Program-made: the position numbers and the translations under genes | Origin: an uncultured Kiritimatiellota bacterium | GTDB lineage: Bacteria > Verrucomicrobiota > Kiritimatiellia > RFP12 > DVOR01 | Direction of reading: 5' to 3' | Assembly (NCBI GenBank): GCA_944389545.1 | Contig: CALXMT010000002.1 | Location: 108,645 to 172,644 of the forward strand | Length of the DNA stretch: 64,000 nt | The notes under the pieces: generated by a model | What the model was told of the DNA's origin: nothing | Databases searched by the model: none | The model's input: the letters and a program-made list of their open reading frames with translations, nothing else | Shown: positions 17,096 through 29,880 of the stretch, piece by piece | Numbering within the stretch: position 1 is the stretch's first letter | Layout: each line of letters starts with the position of its first letter

Positions 17096-19600
17096 TTACT
17101 TGACCTGGAAGGAGGGGAGGTGCCAGATGTCTTCGGCGTATTCGCGGATGGTGCGGTCGCTGGAGAACTTGCCGGCGGAGGCGACGTTCATCAGGGAGGC
17201 TTTGTTCCAGGCGGTCTGGTCGCGGTAGAGGGCTTCGACGCGGTCTTGGGCCTTGATGTAGTCGGGCAGGTCTTTGAGGAGCATGTAGTAGTCGTTGTAG
17301 TCCAGGAGGTTCTGGAGGAGGGGCTCGAAGATTCCGGGGGCCATGAGGGAGAAGACGTTGCGGCGGATCATGTCGAGCGCGCGCTTGATCTCGGGGTTGC
17401 TCTCGTAGATGGCCTTGGAGTTGTAGGTGGGGCGGAGTTTGGCGACTTCTTCGGTTTTGAGGCCGAAGATGACGATGTTGTCGTCGCCGACTTCCTGGGC
17501 GATTTCGACGTTTGCGCCGTCGAGGGTGCCGAGGGTGATGGCGCCGTTGAGCATGAGTTTCATGTTGCCGGTGCCGGAGGCCTCGGTGCCGGCGAGGGAG
17601 ATTTGCTCGGAGACGTCGGCGGCGGGGATGATTTTCTCGGCGAGGGAGACGCGGTAGTCGGGGAGGAAGGCGACGGCGATGCGGCCCTTGACGAGGGGGT
17701 GGGAGTTGACGACGCTGGCGACGCCGTGGATGAGGCGGATGATGAGCTTGGCGACCCAGTATCCGGGGGCGGCTTTGGCGCCGAAGACGAAGACGCGGGG
17801 GTAGACGTCGAGGTCGGGCTTTTCAATCAGGCGATTGAAGAGGATGATGATGTAGAGGACGAGGAGGAGCTGGCGCTTGTACTCGTGGAGGCGCTTGACC
17901 TGGACATCGAAGATGGCGTCGGGGGAAACCTGGAAGCCGAGGGTGTTGAAGATGGTGTTGGCGAGGATTTCCTTGTTGGCGCGTTTGATTTCGGCGAAGC
18001 GCTTGAGGAAGGCTTTGTCGTTGACCTTGGCTTTGAGCTTGGAGAGCTGGCTGAGGTCGGTGACCCAGCCGTCGCCGATGGTCTCGGTGATGAGGGCGGC
18101 GAGGCGGGGGTTGGCCTTGAGGAGCCAGCGGCGCTGGGTGATGCCGTTGGTCTTGTTGGAGAAGTGGGTGGGCATGATCTCATAGAAGTCCTTGAAGATG
18201 GTCTTCTTGAGGATCTCGGTGTGGAGTGCGGCGACGCCGTTGACGGCGGAGGTGCCGACGAGGCAGAGGTTGGCCATGCGGACGAATTTATCGCCGCTTT
18301 CGTCGATGAGGCTCATGCGGGCGAGGCGGGCGACGTCGCCGGGGAAGAGGGTGGCGACCTGCTGGAGGAAGCGTGCGTTGATCTCGTAGATGATCTGCAT
18401 GTGGCGGGGGAGGACGCGCTCCATGAGGGGGACGGGCCACTTTTCGAGGGCTTCGGGGAGGACGGTGTGGTTGGTGTAGCCGGTGCAGGCGCGGACGTAG
18501 GTCCAGGCGTCGTCCCAGGTGAGGCCTTCGACGTCCACGAGGATGCGCATGAGCTCGGGGATGACGAGGGTGGGGTGGGTGTCGTTGAGCTGGATGAAGA
18601 CGTACTTGGGGAGGTGGCGCCATTCGTGGCCTTCCTCGCGGAAGCGGCGGAGGATGTCGTGGACGGAGGCGGCGACGAAGAGGTATTGCTGGCGGAGGCG
18701 GAGCTCTTTGCCGGCGGTGGTGGAGTCGTTGGGGTAGAGGACTTTGGTGAGGTTCTCGGCGAGGACTTTGCTTTCGACGGCTTCGACGTAGTCGCCGCGG
18801 TTGAATTCGTCGAGGGAGAATTCGTTGGTGGCTTTGGCGCTCCAGAGGCGGAGGGTGGAGACGGTTTTGCCTTGGTAGCCGACGATGGGGAGGTCGTAGG
18901 GGACGGCCTGGACCTGTTGCGCGGGGACCCAGACCCATTCGTCGCGGCCGGTGCGGCCGGTGTAGTGCTCGACGTGGCCGCCGAAGCCGATGAGGCAGGC
19001 GTATTCGGGGCGCTGGATTTCCCAGGGGTAGCCGTATTTCAGCCAGTTGTCGGGCTCTTCGCGCTGTTCGCCGTTGACGATGCGCTGGCGGAAGATGCCG
19101 TAGTCGTAGCGCAGGCCGTAGCCGGTGGCGGGGAGGTTGAGGGTGGCGAGGGAATCCATGAAGCAGGCGGCGAGGCGGCCGAGGCCACCGTTGCCGAGGC
19201 CGGCGTCCATCTCGTAGTCGCGGAGGCGGTTCCAGTCCAGGCCGAGGGAGTCCATGGCTTCGCGGCACTGCTGCTCGAGGCCGAGGTTGATGACGTTGTT
19301 GCCGAGGAGGCGGCCGATAAGGAACTCGAGGGAGAGGTAGTAGACGCGGCGGACCTTGGCGGCGCGGTAGGCGTCTTGGGTGGCCATCCAGCGGTCGACG
19401 ATGCGGTCGCGCACGGCATAGGCGAGGGCTTTGTAGCAATCGCGTTCGGTGGCTCGGTCGCCGCTCTTGGCGAGGGAGAAACGCATGTTCCAGAGGAAGT
19501 CCTGGGCGAGGCCCTCGGCGGTGAACTCAGCGGAGGGGTGGTTGCCGGGCAGGACGACCTTTTCGGTGGTTTTGTCCTTGGTCTTGGTGGACGTGCTCAT
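17096..19600 (-). CDS. glgP: glycogen/maltodextrin phosphorylase
   Basis: 834 aa; EFLIGRLLGNN, NGGLGRLAACFMDSLATL and the pyridoxal site EASGTGNMKLMLNGA. Confidence 0.95.
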   Translation of the reverse strand: MSTSTKTKDKTTEKVVLPGNHPSAEFTAEGLAQDFLWNMRFSLAKSGDRATERDCYKALAYAVRDRIVDRWMATQDAYRAAKVRRVYYLSLEFLIGRLLGNNVINLGLEQQCREAMDSLGLDWNRLRDYEMDAGLGNGGLGRLAACFMDSLATLNLPATGYGLRYDYGIFRQRIVNGEQREEPDNWLKYGYPWEIQRPEYACLIGFGGHVEHYTGRTGRDEWVWVPAQQVQAVPYDLPIVGYQGKTVSTLRLWSAKATNEFSLDEFNRGDYVEAVESKVLAENLTKVLYPNDSTTAGKELRLRQQYLFVAASVHDILRRFREEGHEWRHLPKYVFIQLNDTHPTLVIPELMRILVDVEGLTWDDAWTYVRACTGYTNHTVLPEALEKWPVPLMERVLPRHMQIIYEINARFLQQVATLFPGDVARLARMSLIDESGDKFVRMANLCLVGTSAVNGVAALHTEILKKTIFKDFYEIMPTHFSNKTNGITQRRWLLKANPRLAALITETIGDGWVTDLSQLSKLKAKVNDKAFLKRFAEIKRANKEILANTIFNTLGFQVSPDAIFDVQVKRLHEYKRQLLLVLYIIILFNRLIEKPDLDVYPRVFVFGAKAAPGYWVAKLIIRLIHGVASVVNSHPLVKGRIAVAFLPDYRVSLAEKIIPAADVSEQISLAGTEASGTGNMKLMLNGAITLGTLDGANVEIAQEVGDDNIVIFGLKTEEVAKLRPTYNSKAIYESNPEIKRALDMIRRNVFSLMAPGIFEPLLQNLLDYNDYYMLLKDLPDYIKAQDRVEALYRDQTAWNKASLMNVASAGKFSSDRTIREYAEDIWHLPSFQVK

Positions 19601-19629
19601 GGTGAGTCTCCTTGGGGGGATGAAGGGGG

Positions 19630-20004
19630 TTAGCGGGCGGACTTGGCGTTGCGGGCCTCGTTGCCGCGGGATTTGCGGCCCATGCCGGGTTTGCCGTTGC
19701 GGGCTTCGTTGACGCGGAGTTCGCGGCCCATGACGGTTTTCTTGTTGAGGGCCTTGATGGCCTTTTCGGCCTCGACGCGATAGACCATCTCGACGAAACC
19801 GAAGCCTTTGCTCTTGTTGTTGAAGCGGTTGGTGATGACACGGGCGTCGCGGACGGTGCCGTATTTGGCGAAGAGCTTTTCGAGCTGTTCGTCGGTCATG
19901 TCATAGTTCAGGTTGCCGGCGAAAATCTCGATGCGTTCCTGGGGGCCGGTGGGGGCCTTCTTGCGGATGCCGAAGAGGGCGAGCAAGGGGGAGAAGATGC
20001 TCAT
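19630..20004 (-). CDS. RRM-type RNA-binding protein
   Basis: IFAGNLNYDMT (RNP2), KGFGFVEM (RNP1) and a C-terminal RG-rich tail. Confidence 0.8.
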   Translation of the reverse strand: MSIFSPLLALFGIRKKAPTGPQERIEIFAGNLNYDMTDEQLEKLFAKYGTVRDARVITNRFNNKSKGFGFVEMVYRVEAEKAIKALNKKTVMGRELRVNEARNGKPGMGRKSRGNEARNAKSAR

Positions 20005-20048
20005 GGTGTCTGGGGTTCTTTCTGTCTGTCTTGGTCTGGGGTGGGGGC

Positions 20049-22469
<2,421 letters not shown>

Positions 22470-22506
22470 GGGTTGACAGACGCTCCCTTTGGGGTTTCGG
22501 TGGATG

Positions 22507-22524
22507 TTATCACGGATGTGATAA
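22507..22524. promoter_or_regulatory. perfect inverted repeat TTATCAC-GGAT-GTGATAA upstream of rpoD (candidate operator)
   Basis: 7-bp arms, about 40-60 bp upstream of the rpoD start codon in an AT-richer stretch. Confidence 0.3.
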
Positions 22525-22621
22525 ATTGCCTATAATTTTAGCAAAACCGCATGCCATTCGGCAAAACTTTTAGTGCATTTCCAATCGTCTCCGGGGAATT
22601 TCCACAAAGACGATTTGGGCG

Positions 22622-22860
22622 GCTTATGCCGCCCCGGAGAACAGCGAACGGAGAACAGAGCGTGCAGGCCCAGAGGGCCAAACCTTCCACGGCCACGGAA
22701 CGCCCCTGCGGGGCGACGGATGGAGTTCCCAAGAAAATGATAAGGCACGAAACGGAGGGCGTCGGTCGCGGTCAGCGGTGAAGCCGTCGTCCAATCAGCT
22801 AATCAGCTGGATGCTCCGCTAGAGCACCCTTTCTTCGCGGTTTCCATTTTCCCGGACACA
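22622..22860. repeat. mosaic intergenic repeat: GAGAACR heptads + partial MITE-like element with one TIR (CGCGGTTTCCATTTTCCCGGACA)
   Basis: Shares modules with 25995-26262, 33045-33215 and 52462-52795. Confidence 0.65.
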
Positions 22861-22863
22861 ATT

Positions 22864-22895
22864 CATCCCTAGGGGCACGCGTGCCCTTAGGGATG
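22864..22895 (-). terminator. hairpin CCCTAGGGGCACGCGTGCCCTTAGGG downstream of second sigma gene
   Basis: Imperfect palindrome directly after the stop codon at 22913. Confidence 0.5.
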
Positions 22896-22912
22896 GGATG
22901 ATCGGCTGGGCA

Positions 22913-24580
22913 TCAGCGTTCGCCGAGGAAGCCGTCGAGTTTCTTGATGCGCGAGGGGTGACGGAGCTTGCGCAGGGCCTTGGCTTCGATTTGGCGGATG
23001 CGCTCGCGCGTGACGTTGAATGCCTTGTTGACCTCGTCGAGGGTGTGCACGACGCCGTCCGTGAGGCCGTAACGCATATCGAGGACCTCGCGATCGCGCT
23101 CATTGAGAACAACGAGTACTTCGCGCAGACGCTCTTTGAGTTGGGCGAAGGCGGCGGCATCCTCGGGGCGCTCGGCGTCTTCGCCGTCGTCAACGGGGCT
23201 CTGCAGGGAGCTGGGTTGCTGGGCCATGCGGCAGATGTTGCGGATGCGTTCGACGGGCATGCCCATTTCCTCGGCGGTCTCCTCCGGAGTGGGCTCGCGG
23301 CCGAGTTCCTGGAGAAGCTTCTTCTGCGCACGGAGGAGCTTGTTGATGGTCTCAATCGTGTGCACGGGGATGCGGATGGTGTGGGCTTGGTCGCCGGTGG
23401 CACGGGTGAGGGTCTGGCGGATCCACCAAGTGGCGTAGGTGGAGAACTTGTAGCCGCGCTTGTACAGGTCCACGAACTTCTCGACGGCCGTCATGAGACC
23501 GGTGTTACCCTCTTGGATGAGCTCGAGGAGGCTGAGACCGCGGTTCATGAACTTCTTGGCGATGGAGACGAGAAGGCGGAGGTTCGCCTCGATCACTTTA
23601 CTTCGGTTCTGGGTAATCAAGTGGAGTGCTTGGCGAAGCTCTTTGAACTTCTCCATGAAGAGGTCAGCGGGCATGCCGAGGGCCTGTTCGGCCTCATCTC
23701 GGGCGGCTTCGGCCTTGGCGACATGCTGGGCCTTAGTCTTGCTCTCGGCCTTCTGGGCCTTTTTGAGAGCCGCGATGGCGCTGGCGTAGGGCTTGTAATA
23801 GCACTTCTCCGCTTCGATGCAGATGTCCTCCAGTATCTTTTGCTTGAAGTGGAGCGAGTCGTACTTGGTACGCAACGCCTCGCACAAGGCTTCGATTTGC
23901 TTGTCAGCCTTGTCCAGGGCGTCGGTGTCCTCGGGATTGAGATTGGCGCGGGCCATGTAGGCCTCGGCCATGCGGTCGCCCAAGCGGTTGAGCGCCTCTT
24001 GCTCCGGGTGCATCGTCTCGACGTACTCGTCGCGTTTCTTGTCGGTCTTGGCGACCACGCGGTTGAACCTCTCGCGGCCGGCCTCCAGGTCGCTCAAGAC
24101 TTGGGCGTAGAGGCGCGGGGCCATGGGCAACTGGTTGAAGACCTCGAAGATGACCCTTTCGCCGGCCTCGATGCGCTGGAAGATTTCCACCTCCTGCTCG
24201 CGCGTCAGTAGGGGCACTTTGGAAATTTGGCGCAGGTAGATGCGGATGGCGTCGTCGCAGTGATCCTCGCGTTTGGCGGAGGCCTCCCCCTTATATTCAT
24301 CGAGCGCGTCCAAATCTTTCTGGTCGTGGGCCCTCTTGGCTTCTTTTTCGGATTCGTTGAAGACCGCGCGCAGGACAGACCCTTCGCACAGACCGTCGAG
24401 GGACTCCTCGTCGTCGGCCATGTCCTCCGCGTCGGTGTACGCATTGTCTAGCGATTCCTTCTCGAGGTCCATCCTCGAGTCGGCGACGGCAGGCTTTTGG
24501 GGCTCAGTTTCCGGTTTGTCTTGCTTCGTAGCCATAGGTGAGAAACGCTCCTTGGGGGTGTTCGGTTGGTTTTGCCACAA
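22913..24580 (-). CDS. second sigma-70 family factor, RpoD paralog (tandem to rpoD)
   Basis: 555 aa; C-terminal 300 aa nearly identical to the upstream RpoD (…[34 protein letters not shown]) with a divergent N-terminus. Confidence 0.85.
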   Translation of the reverse strand: MWQNQPNTPKERFSPMATKQDKPETEPQKPAVADSRMDLEKESLDNAYTDAEDMADDEESLDGLCEGSVLRAVFNESEKEAKRAHDQKDLDALDEYKGEASAKREDHCDDAIRIYLRQISKVPLLTREQEVEIFQRIEAGERVIFEVFNQLPMAPRLYAQVLSDLEAGRERFNRVVAKTDKKRDEYVETMHPEQEALNRLGDRMAEAYMARANLNPEDTDALDKADKQIEALCEALRTKYDSLHFKQKILEDICIEAEKCYYKPYASAIAALKKAQKAESKTKAQHVAKAEAARDEAEQALGMPADLFMEKFKELRQALHLITQNRSKVIEANLRLLVSIAKKFMNRGLSLLELIQEGNTGLMTAVEKFVDLYKRGYKFSTYATWWIRQTLTRATGDQAHTIRIPVHTIETINKLLRAQKKLLQELGREPTPEETAEEMGMPVERIRNICRMAQQPSSLQSPVDDGEDAERPEDAAAFAQLKERLREVLVVLNERDREVLDMRYGLTDGVVHTLDEVNKAFNVTRERIRQIEAKALRKLRHPSRIKKLDGFLGER

Positions 24581-24654
24581 GAAGTGTGGGACGCTGTCTC
24601 TTAGTATAATAACCGCACCAGCACTAGGAACCTTTTTCTAAAAATTATAAAACC

Positions 24655-24690
24655 AACGTGGGGCACCGTCAGGCGCCCCACGTTGGCTGA
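24655..24690 (-). terminator. metK terminator hairpin (CCAACGTGGGGCGCC..GGTGCCCCACGTTGG)
   Basis: Long GC-rich inverted repeat immediately after the metK stop. Confidence 0.6.
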
Positions 24691-24719
24691 TTGGATAGGC
24701 GGAAGTCCGCTCCGGACGG

Positions 24720-25901
24720 TCAGAGGAGGGCCTCGCGGAGGGCCTCGGCGCGGTCTTCGCGCTCCCAAGGGACGCCGGTACGGCCGAAGTGGCCGTAGAC
24801 GCAGTTGTCGGCGTAGTTCCAGCCGGTGGGGGTGAGGAGGCCGAGGTCGCGGATGATGGCGGCGGGACGGAAGTCGAAGAGTTCGCCGCTGAGGAGGAAG
24901 TCCGCGATGCGGGCCTCATCGACCTTGCCGGTGCCGTAGGTGGAGACGTTGATGCTCATGGGGCGGGCGAGGCCGATGGCATAGGCCACCTGGATTTCGC
25001 ACTTGTCGGCGAGGCCGGCAGCGACGATGTTGCGGGCGATGTAGCGGGCGTAGTAGGCCGCGGAACGGTCGACCTTGGAGGGGTCCTTGCCGCTGAAGGC
25101 GCCGCCGCCGTGCGAGCCGACGCCGCCATAGGTATCGACGATGATTTTGCGGCCGGTGATGCCGGAGTCGCCCGCGGGGCCGCCGATGACGAAGCGACCG
25201 GTGGGGTTGATGTGCAGGGCGGTGTCCTTGGAGAGGAGGCCGGTGTCGGCGAGGACCTCATGGATGACGTCACCGATGGCCTGGTGGATGGTCTCGGTTT
25301 CGACTTCTTCAATGGTCTGGTGGGAGCAGACGATGTCGGTGATGGCCTGGGGCTTGCCGCCATCGTAAAGGACGGAGACTTGGGCCTTGGCATCGGGGCG
25401 GAGCCAGTCGAGCTTGCCACTGTGGCGGAGCGCGGCCAAGCGCTTGAGGATGCGGTTGGCACAGACGAGGGGGAGCGGGAGGCGCTCGGGGGTCTCGTTG
25501 GTGGCGTAGCCGAACATCATGCCTTGGTCGCCGGCGCCCTGTTCCTCGGGGTCTTCGCGCTCGACGCCTTGGTTGATGTCAGGGGACTGGGCGTGGAGGT
25601 TGTTGATGTAGGTGAAGTCCTGCCAGCAGAAGCCTTCTTCGGGACGGTCGTAGCCAATCTTCTGAATGACACGTTGGGCGATGGCCTTGGGGTCGAGCGT
25701 CTCGAAACCTTTGCAGGTGATTTCACCGAGGTTGACGACCAGATTCTTACCACAGGCGGTTTCGCAAGCGACGTGGGCATGGGGATCGAGCGCGAGGCAG
25801 GCATCAAGGATGGAGTCGGAAATAGCATCGGCGACCTTGTCGGGGTGCCCCTCAGAGACGGATTCAGAGGTGTAGATGTGTCTGGTGGCAAGCTTGCTCA
25901 T
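24720..25901 (-). CDS. metK: S-adenosylmethionine synthetase
   Basis: 393 aa; GHPDKVADAISD, GAGDQGMMFGYA and DTYGGVGSHGGGAFSGKDPSKVDRSAAY. Confidence 0.95.
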   Translation of the reverse strand: MSKLATRHIYTSESVSEGHPDKVADAISDSILDACLALDPHAHVACETACGKNLVVNLGEITCKGFETLDPKAIAQRVIQKIGYDRPEEGFCWQDFTYINNLHAQSPDINQGVEREDPEEQGAGDQGMMFGYATNETPERLPLPLVCANRILKRLAALRHSGKLDWLRPDAKAQVSVLYDGGKPQAITDIVCSHQTIEEVETETIHQAIGDVIHEVLADTGLLSKDTALHINPTGRFVIGGPAGDSGITGRKIIVDTYGGVGSHGGGAFSGKDPSKVDRSAAYYARYIARNIVAAGLADKCEIQVAYAIGLARPMSINVSTYGTGKVDEARIADFLLSGELFDFRPAAIIRDLGLLTPTGWNYADNCVYGHFGRTGVPWEREDRAEALREALL

Positions 25902-25974
25902 GTCGGTTCCTGTCGGTTCCTTTTTGATAAAACGGAACTAATTATATCACATTTGTGTGCGTCCTCTATTTTCT

Positions 25975-26265
25975 TCACAAAAAGGTAATCGTGGGGCACC
26001 TCGGGTGCCCCGGAGAACGGAGAACAGAGAACGGAGAACGGGAGGGACGCTGACGCGTCCCGGAGAACAGAGAACAGAGAACAGAGAACAGAGCGCGCGG
26101 CAAGCGCGCGACGGGTGGGGTTTCTGGAAATTGACCAGACGCGAAACGGAGGGCGGCGGGCGCGGTCAGCGGCGGAGCCGCAGAGCGACCGATGGAGCCC
26201 GAGGCGTTTCGCGCCCACAGTTGCGTCTTTGCGGTCTCATTTCAATGAAAGACCAAGCCTCTAGA
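25975..26265. repeat. mosaic intergenic repeat: GGGGCACC-TCG-GGTGCCCC hairpin, GAGAACR heptads, GCGCGCGGCAAGCGCGCGACGGGTGGGG module, partial MITE-like element with TIR
   Basis: Near-identical modules at 53487-53600, 33045-33215 and 22622-22860. Confidence 0.7.
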
Positions 26266-26289
26266 CTTCTAAGCTTTCCCCTGTGGTAA

Positions 26290-27543
26290 TCAAGGGGCGA
26301 GGAGGGTAGCGGAGGCGGTGCGGGCGGCGGCGAGGATGTCGGCTTCGCCGGGGACTTGGTGGGCGCGCATGAGGAGGCGACCGGCACAGGCAACGGTGTC
26401 GACGCAGGAGGAATCGGCGGCGTAGATGAAGTTGGCGTCGGGGTCGCCGCCACCGGCGAAGGCAGGGGTTTCGAGGTCGATGAGGATGAAGTCGGCGTCG
26501 GCACCCGGGGCGATGCGTCCGGCGTTGGGGAAGCCGAGGGCGGCGGCGGCCTCTTCGGTGACGGCGCGGTCGAGGTCGGCGAAGCGGAGGGCATCCGGCG
26601 CGCCGGCGCCGAGTTTGGCGGAGAGGGCGGCGGCCTTGGCCTCGGCGATCATGGAGAGGCCGTTGTTGGAGGCGGCGCCATCGGTGCCGACGGTGATGCG
26701 GACGCCTGCGGCGGCGGCCTTGGCCCAGGGGAAGACGCCACTGGCGAGCTTTTGGTTGGACTGCGGGCAGTGGGCGACGAAACACCCGCGCGCGGCGATG
26801 AGGGCCAGGTCGGCCTCGGTGGCGTGGCAGCAGTGGGCGAGGATGGTGCCGGGGCGAAGGATGCCGCAGGCATCGAGGTAGGCGATGGGGGAGTCGAACC
26901 CGAAGCGCTCCTTGGCGATGGCGGTTTCGGCGGCGGTTTCGGCGGCGTGGATGTGGAGGGGCAGGCCGAGGGATTCGGCTTGGTCGGCGACGCGGCGGAG
27001 GAGTTCCGGGGAGGTGGTGTAGAGGGCGTGGGGGGCGATGGAGAGGCCAATGGTGGGGGGCAGGGCGTCGCGGAGGGCGAGGGTGGTGTCGTTTTCGATG
27101 TGGTCGCTGACCTGATCCATGTACATCAAGCCGATGCGGGCGCGGACGCCCATTTCCTCGGCGGCGCGGATGACGGCGGGTTGGTGGAAATACATGTCGT
27201 TGAAGGCGACGCATCCGCTCTTGAGGCCTTCGAGGATGGCGAGGCGCGTGCCGGCGTAGACGGCATGGGGGGTGAGGCGGGCCTCGCGGGGCCAGATTTC
27301 GCGGGTGAGCCAGTCCATGAGGGCGCAGTCGTCATCGATGCCGCGCAGGAGGGTCATGGCCTGGTGGGTGTGGGTGTTGTAGAAGGGGGCGCGGAGGAGG
27401 AAGCGGGAGCAGTCGAGGCGTTCGCGGGCTTCGGCCTGGGCGAGCGTGCCGGCGGGCTCGACGGCGGCGAAGGTGGAGCCTTGGATGGCGACATCGACGC
27501 GGCGGCCTTTGAGGAGCGCGTTGGAGAGGAGGAGGTCAAACAT
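26290..27543 (-). CDS. amidohydrolase-family deaminase, likely 5-methylthioadenosine/S-adenosylhomocysteine deaminase (MtaD-like)
   Basis: 417 aa; metal-binding FYNTHTHQAM and HIHAAET, TIM-barrel amidohydrolase layout. Sits next to metK and the SAHH-like gene. Confidence 0.7.
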   Translation of the reverse strand: MFDLLLSNALLKGRRVDVAIQGSTFAAVEPAGTLAQAEARERLDCSRFLLRAPFYNTHTHQAMTLLRGIDDDCALMDWLTREIWPREARLTPHAVYAGTRLAILEGLKSGCVAFNDMYFHQPAVIRAAEEMGVRARIGLMYMDQVSDHIENDTTLALRDALPPTIGLSIAPHALYTTSPELLRRVADQAESLGLPLHIHAAETAAETAIAKERFGFDSPIAYLDACGILRPGTILAHCCHATEADLALIAARGCFVAHCPQSNQKLASGVFPWAKAAAAGVRITVGTDGAASNNGLSMIAEAKAAALSAKLGAGAPDALRFADLDRAVTEEAAAALGFPNAGRIAPGADADFILIDLETPAFAGGGDPDANFIYAADSSCVDTVACAGRLLMRAHQVPGEADILAAARTASATLLAP

Positions 27544-28594
27544 GGGAGACTCCTTGTTGCTCGGACTCGAAGGCGGTCAATTCGTCCAAGAGGCCTTTGG
27601 GGAGGGTGGCGAGGATGGCGGCTTCGTCTTCCGGGGCGGGGAGGAGAAGGCCGGGGGCGTAGGCGGTCTGGGCCAGGCGGAGGGCGGCGAGGCTGTGGAG
27701 GGCCATCGTTGGGTCGATGTAGCGCATGCGGGTGGGATCCGGGAGCGCGAAGTTGAGGGGGGCTTTGGCGTTGAGGACGCGGTCGGCGGGGATGGCCGGG
27801 CCGAACTCGTCCTCCACGCCCATGTTGGCGAGGATGGCGCGAGAGGCGAGGATGGCAGGGGCGTGGGACGCAGCGGCGTCTTTGATGCCGGTGGCGGTGA
27901 CGATGAGGTCGGCACCGCGGAGGAGTTCGTCCGGGGCGTCCGCGCGTGTGACGCCTTGCGGGGGGTGAGGGCGGGCGGGGTCAACGACGAAACAGTGCGC
28001 GCCCTCGCGGATGAGGCGGAAGAGGATGCCGCGGCCGACCTTGCCACACCCGAAGACGACCGCGGTCTTGCCGCGCAGGTCGTCCACGCCGAAGTGGCGG
28101 AGGCCGCGGATGAGTCCATCGCCGGTGCCGAGGGCGGTCTCGAAGGTCTTGATTCTGCTCCCATCCACGTTGAAGACGGGCTTCGTCTTGGCGACCGCAC
28201 AGTAACCGGCGACACCGGAGCGGGTGAGCTCCGCATAGCCGAGACGCGCGGGGATGTCCGCGAAGGCGGCGGCACAGTCGACGACAACGTCAAAGCCCTG
28301 TGCCAGACGCGCGGCATCCGGGATGTTCAAGCCCAAGGCGGGCGCCATTTCGGCGGCCATGGGATCGAAGGGCATGGCACGACCGTAGCCGACCCAGACC
28401 TCCGCGCCCGCGGCTTGGAGGGCGAGGTGTTTGACCAAGGTGTTACGGAAGAGCGGCGTGGCGTCCAGGACGGTCAGCCCGGCAAGTGGCCGGGTTTGGG
28501 CCCATGCGTTGCGTTGGGCGGTGAGGGCAGGGCACTCGGAGGGGGGATAGTCCCGCGCGAGCGTACCCTCTGCCTCCTGCCGCGTCATGGTCAC
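27536..28594 (-). CDS. short adenosylhomocysteinase-like NAD-binding protein
   Basis: 352 aa; PLAGLTVLDATPLFRNTLVKHLALQAAGAEVW resembles the SAHH substrate domain and GKTAVVFGCGKVGRGI is a Rossmann NAD site. Shorter than canonical SAHH. Confidence 0.5.
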   Translation of the reverse strand: MTMTRQEAEGTLARDYPPSECPALTAQRNAWAQTRPLAGLTVLDATPLFRNTLVKHLALQAAGAEVWVGYGRAMPFDPMAAEMAPALGLNIPDAARLAQGFDVVVDCAAAFADIPARLGYAELTRSGVAGYCAVAKTKPVFNVDGSRIKTFETALGTGDGLIRGLRHFGVDDLRGKTAVVFGCGKVGRGILFRLIREGAHCFVVDPARPHPPQGVTRADAPDELLRGADLIVTATGIKDAAASHAPAILASRAILANMGVEDEFGPAIPADRVLNAKAPLNFALPDPTRMRYIDPTMALHSLAALRLAQTAYAPGLLLPAPEDEAAILATLPKGLLDELTAFESEQQGVSHV

Positions 28595-29877
28595 TTCTTG
28601 TCGTCCCCGGAGAAGAGTTTGAGCGCGCCGCCGATGAGTCCACCGGTCGTTTCCGAGACGGACTTGGCGCCCTCGCCGAGTGCGCCCCCGGCGGAGCCGA
28701 GGACTTCCGTGGTGGTGTCGATGAGGGCCCCGACGGCCTTGCCGGTACGCTCGATGGCGGCGTTGGCGGTGTCGATGGCGGTGCGGATGGGCGTCATGAT
28801 GGATTCGATTTGATCCTGCACTTCCTTGGTGCTCATGTCTTCCATGAGGAAGTTCGGGATGGGGCAGGGGATGGAGGCCGGCATGGCACCGGCGATGACC
28901 CAGCGGACGGTGACGTTGTTGTCCTTGAAGTCCGCCAAGCGGACACGCACGTTTGTCTGCGGCGCCTTGGGGGCATCCTCGGCGGGTTGGTCGGCGGACG
29001 CACCCTGGGATTCAGGGGCGGGGGCGGGTTCAGGCTCGGGTACGGGGGCCGGGGCGGATTCGGCTGCCGGCGTGGGCTCCGACTCCGGTTTGGGCGGCAC
29101 AAGCTGGGTGGTGAGGGCCGTGACGTTGTCGGTGTCGTAGTCGAGCGCGTAGAGGACATTCAGCCCATGGACGCGAATCAAGTCGATGACAATCTCGTCA
29201 GCGTTGAGGGAGTCGAGGTCGACCTTGACTTCGGCCAACGTGAGCGTGAGGAAGGGATTTTCGGCGTAATAGTCGTCACCGTCCTCGGCGTAATGGAAGG
29301 CGTCCGGATTGCCGATGCAGAGGTTGTCGACCCGGATGTAGCCTTCCAGGGGCTTGCATTGGAAGGCGTCCAGGGTGATGAGGGCGTCTTCGGTGCCGAT
29401 GCGCGGGGAACCGACGGTGTCGAGGCGGAGCCCGGCGATGCGGATGTCGTCAGCGAGCGGCTTGACGACGCATTCTTGGATGGAGAGATCGTAACCGACG
29501 GTGTGAGCGATGGGCGGCGCAAGCCAACGAATGAGCGGACCGAAGGCCCCGCAGAGGAAGAGGATAATCAGCAGAATCAGCAGGAGCAGAACCCAGAAGA
29601 GCACGCAGGCCAGGACGAAGATCAGCGTGCGCACCACGCGCATGGGCGTCGAGGCATAGACGCGCGCCGCGCCGTCTTGAATGCATTTCGGCAATTTCTT
29701 CCAGAGGAGCCCCACCCAGCGAAAGCACCAGAGCAAGCCTCGGCCGACCCATCGCGGCGGGATGGAGAGCCAATAGAACACCTTGCAGAGGCCAAGCCAG
29801 AGCGGGCGCAACACTTTGCCCAAGGGGCGGAAGTATTTTTGGAGGACGGGAGAGAGTTTGAGCGTGGAACGAGGCAT
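28591..29877 (-). CDS. hypothetical membrane protein with proline/glutamate-rich linker
   Basis: 428 aa with N-terminal TM helices, a PESEPTPAAESAPAPVPEPEPAPAPE linker and a Gly/Ala-rich C-terminus. Translationally coupled within the operon. Confidence 0.4.
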   Translation of the reverse strand: MPRSTLKLSPVLQKYFRPLGKVLRPLWLGLCKVFYWLSIPPRWVGRGLLWCFRWVGLLWKKLPKCIQDGAARVYASTPMRVVRTLIFVLACVLFWVLLLLILLIILFLCGAFGPLIRWLAPPIAHTVGYDLSIQECVVKPLADDIRIAGLRLDTVGSPRIGTEDALITLDAFQCKPLEGYIRVDNLCIGNPDAFHYAEDGDDYYAENPFLTLTLAEVKVDLDSLNADEIVIDLIRVHGLNVLYALDYDTDNVTALTTQLVPPKPESEPTPAAESAPAPVPEPEPAPAPESQGASADQPAEDAPKAPQTNVRVRLADFKDNNVTVRWVIAGAMPASIPCPIPNFLMEDMSTKEVQDQIESIMTPIRTAIDTANAAIERTGKAVGALIDTTTEVLGSAGGALGEGAKSVSETTGGLIGGALKLFSGDDKK

Positions 29878-29880
29878 AGG

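Noticed and set aside
16970-19633. 887-aa plus-strand ORF
   Set aside because: Antisense to glgP; Gly/Asp/Glu/Val low-complexity translation.
24581-24650. AT-rich stretch (TTATAATTTTTAGAAAAAGG on minus strand) upstream of second sigma gene as a promoter
   Set aside because: Plausible but no convincing -35/-10 pair at proper spacing could be read; not reported as a feature.
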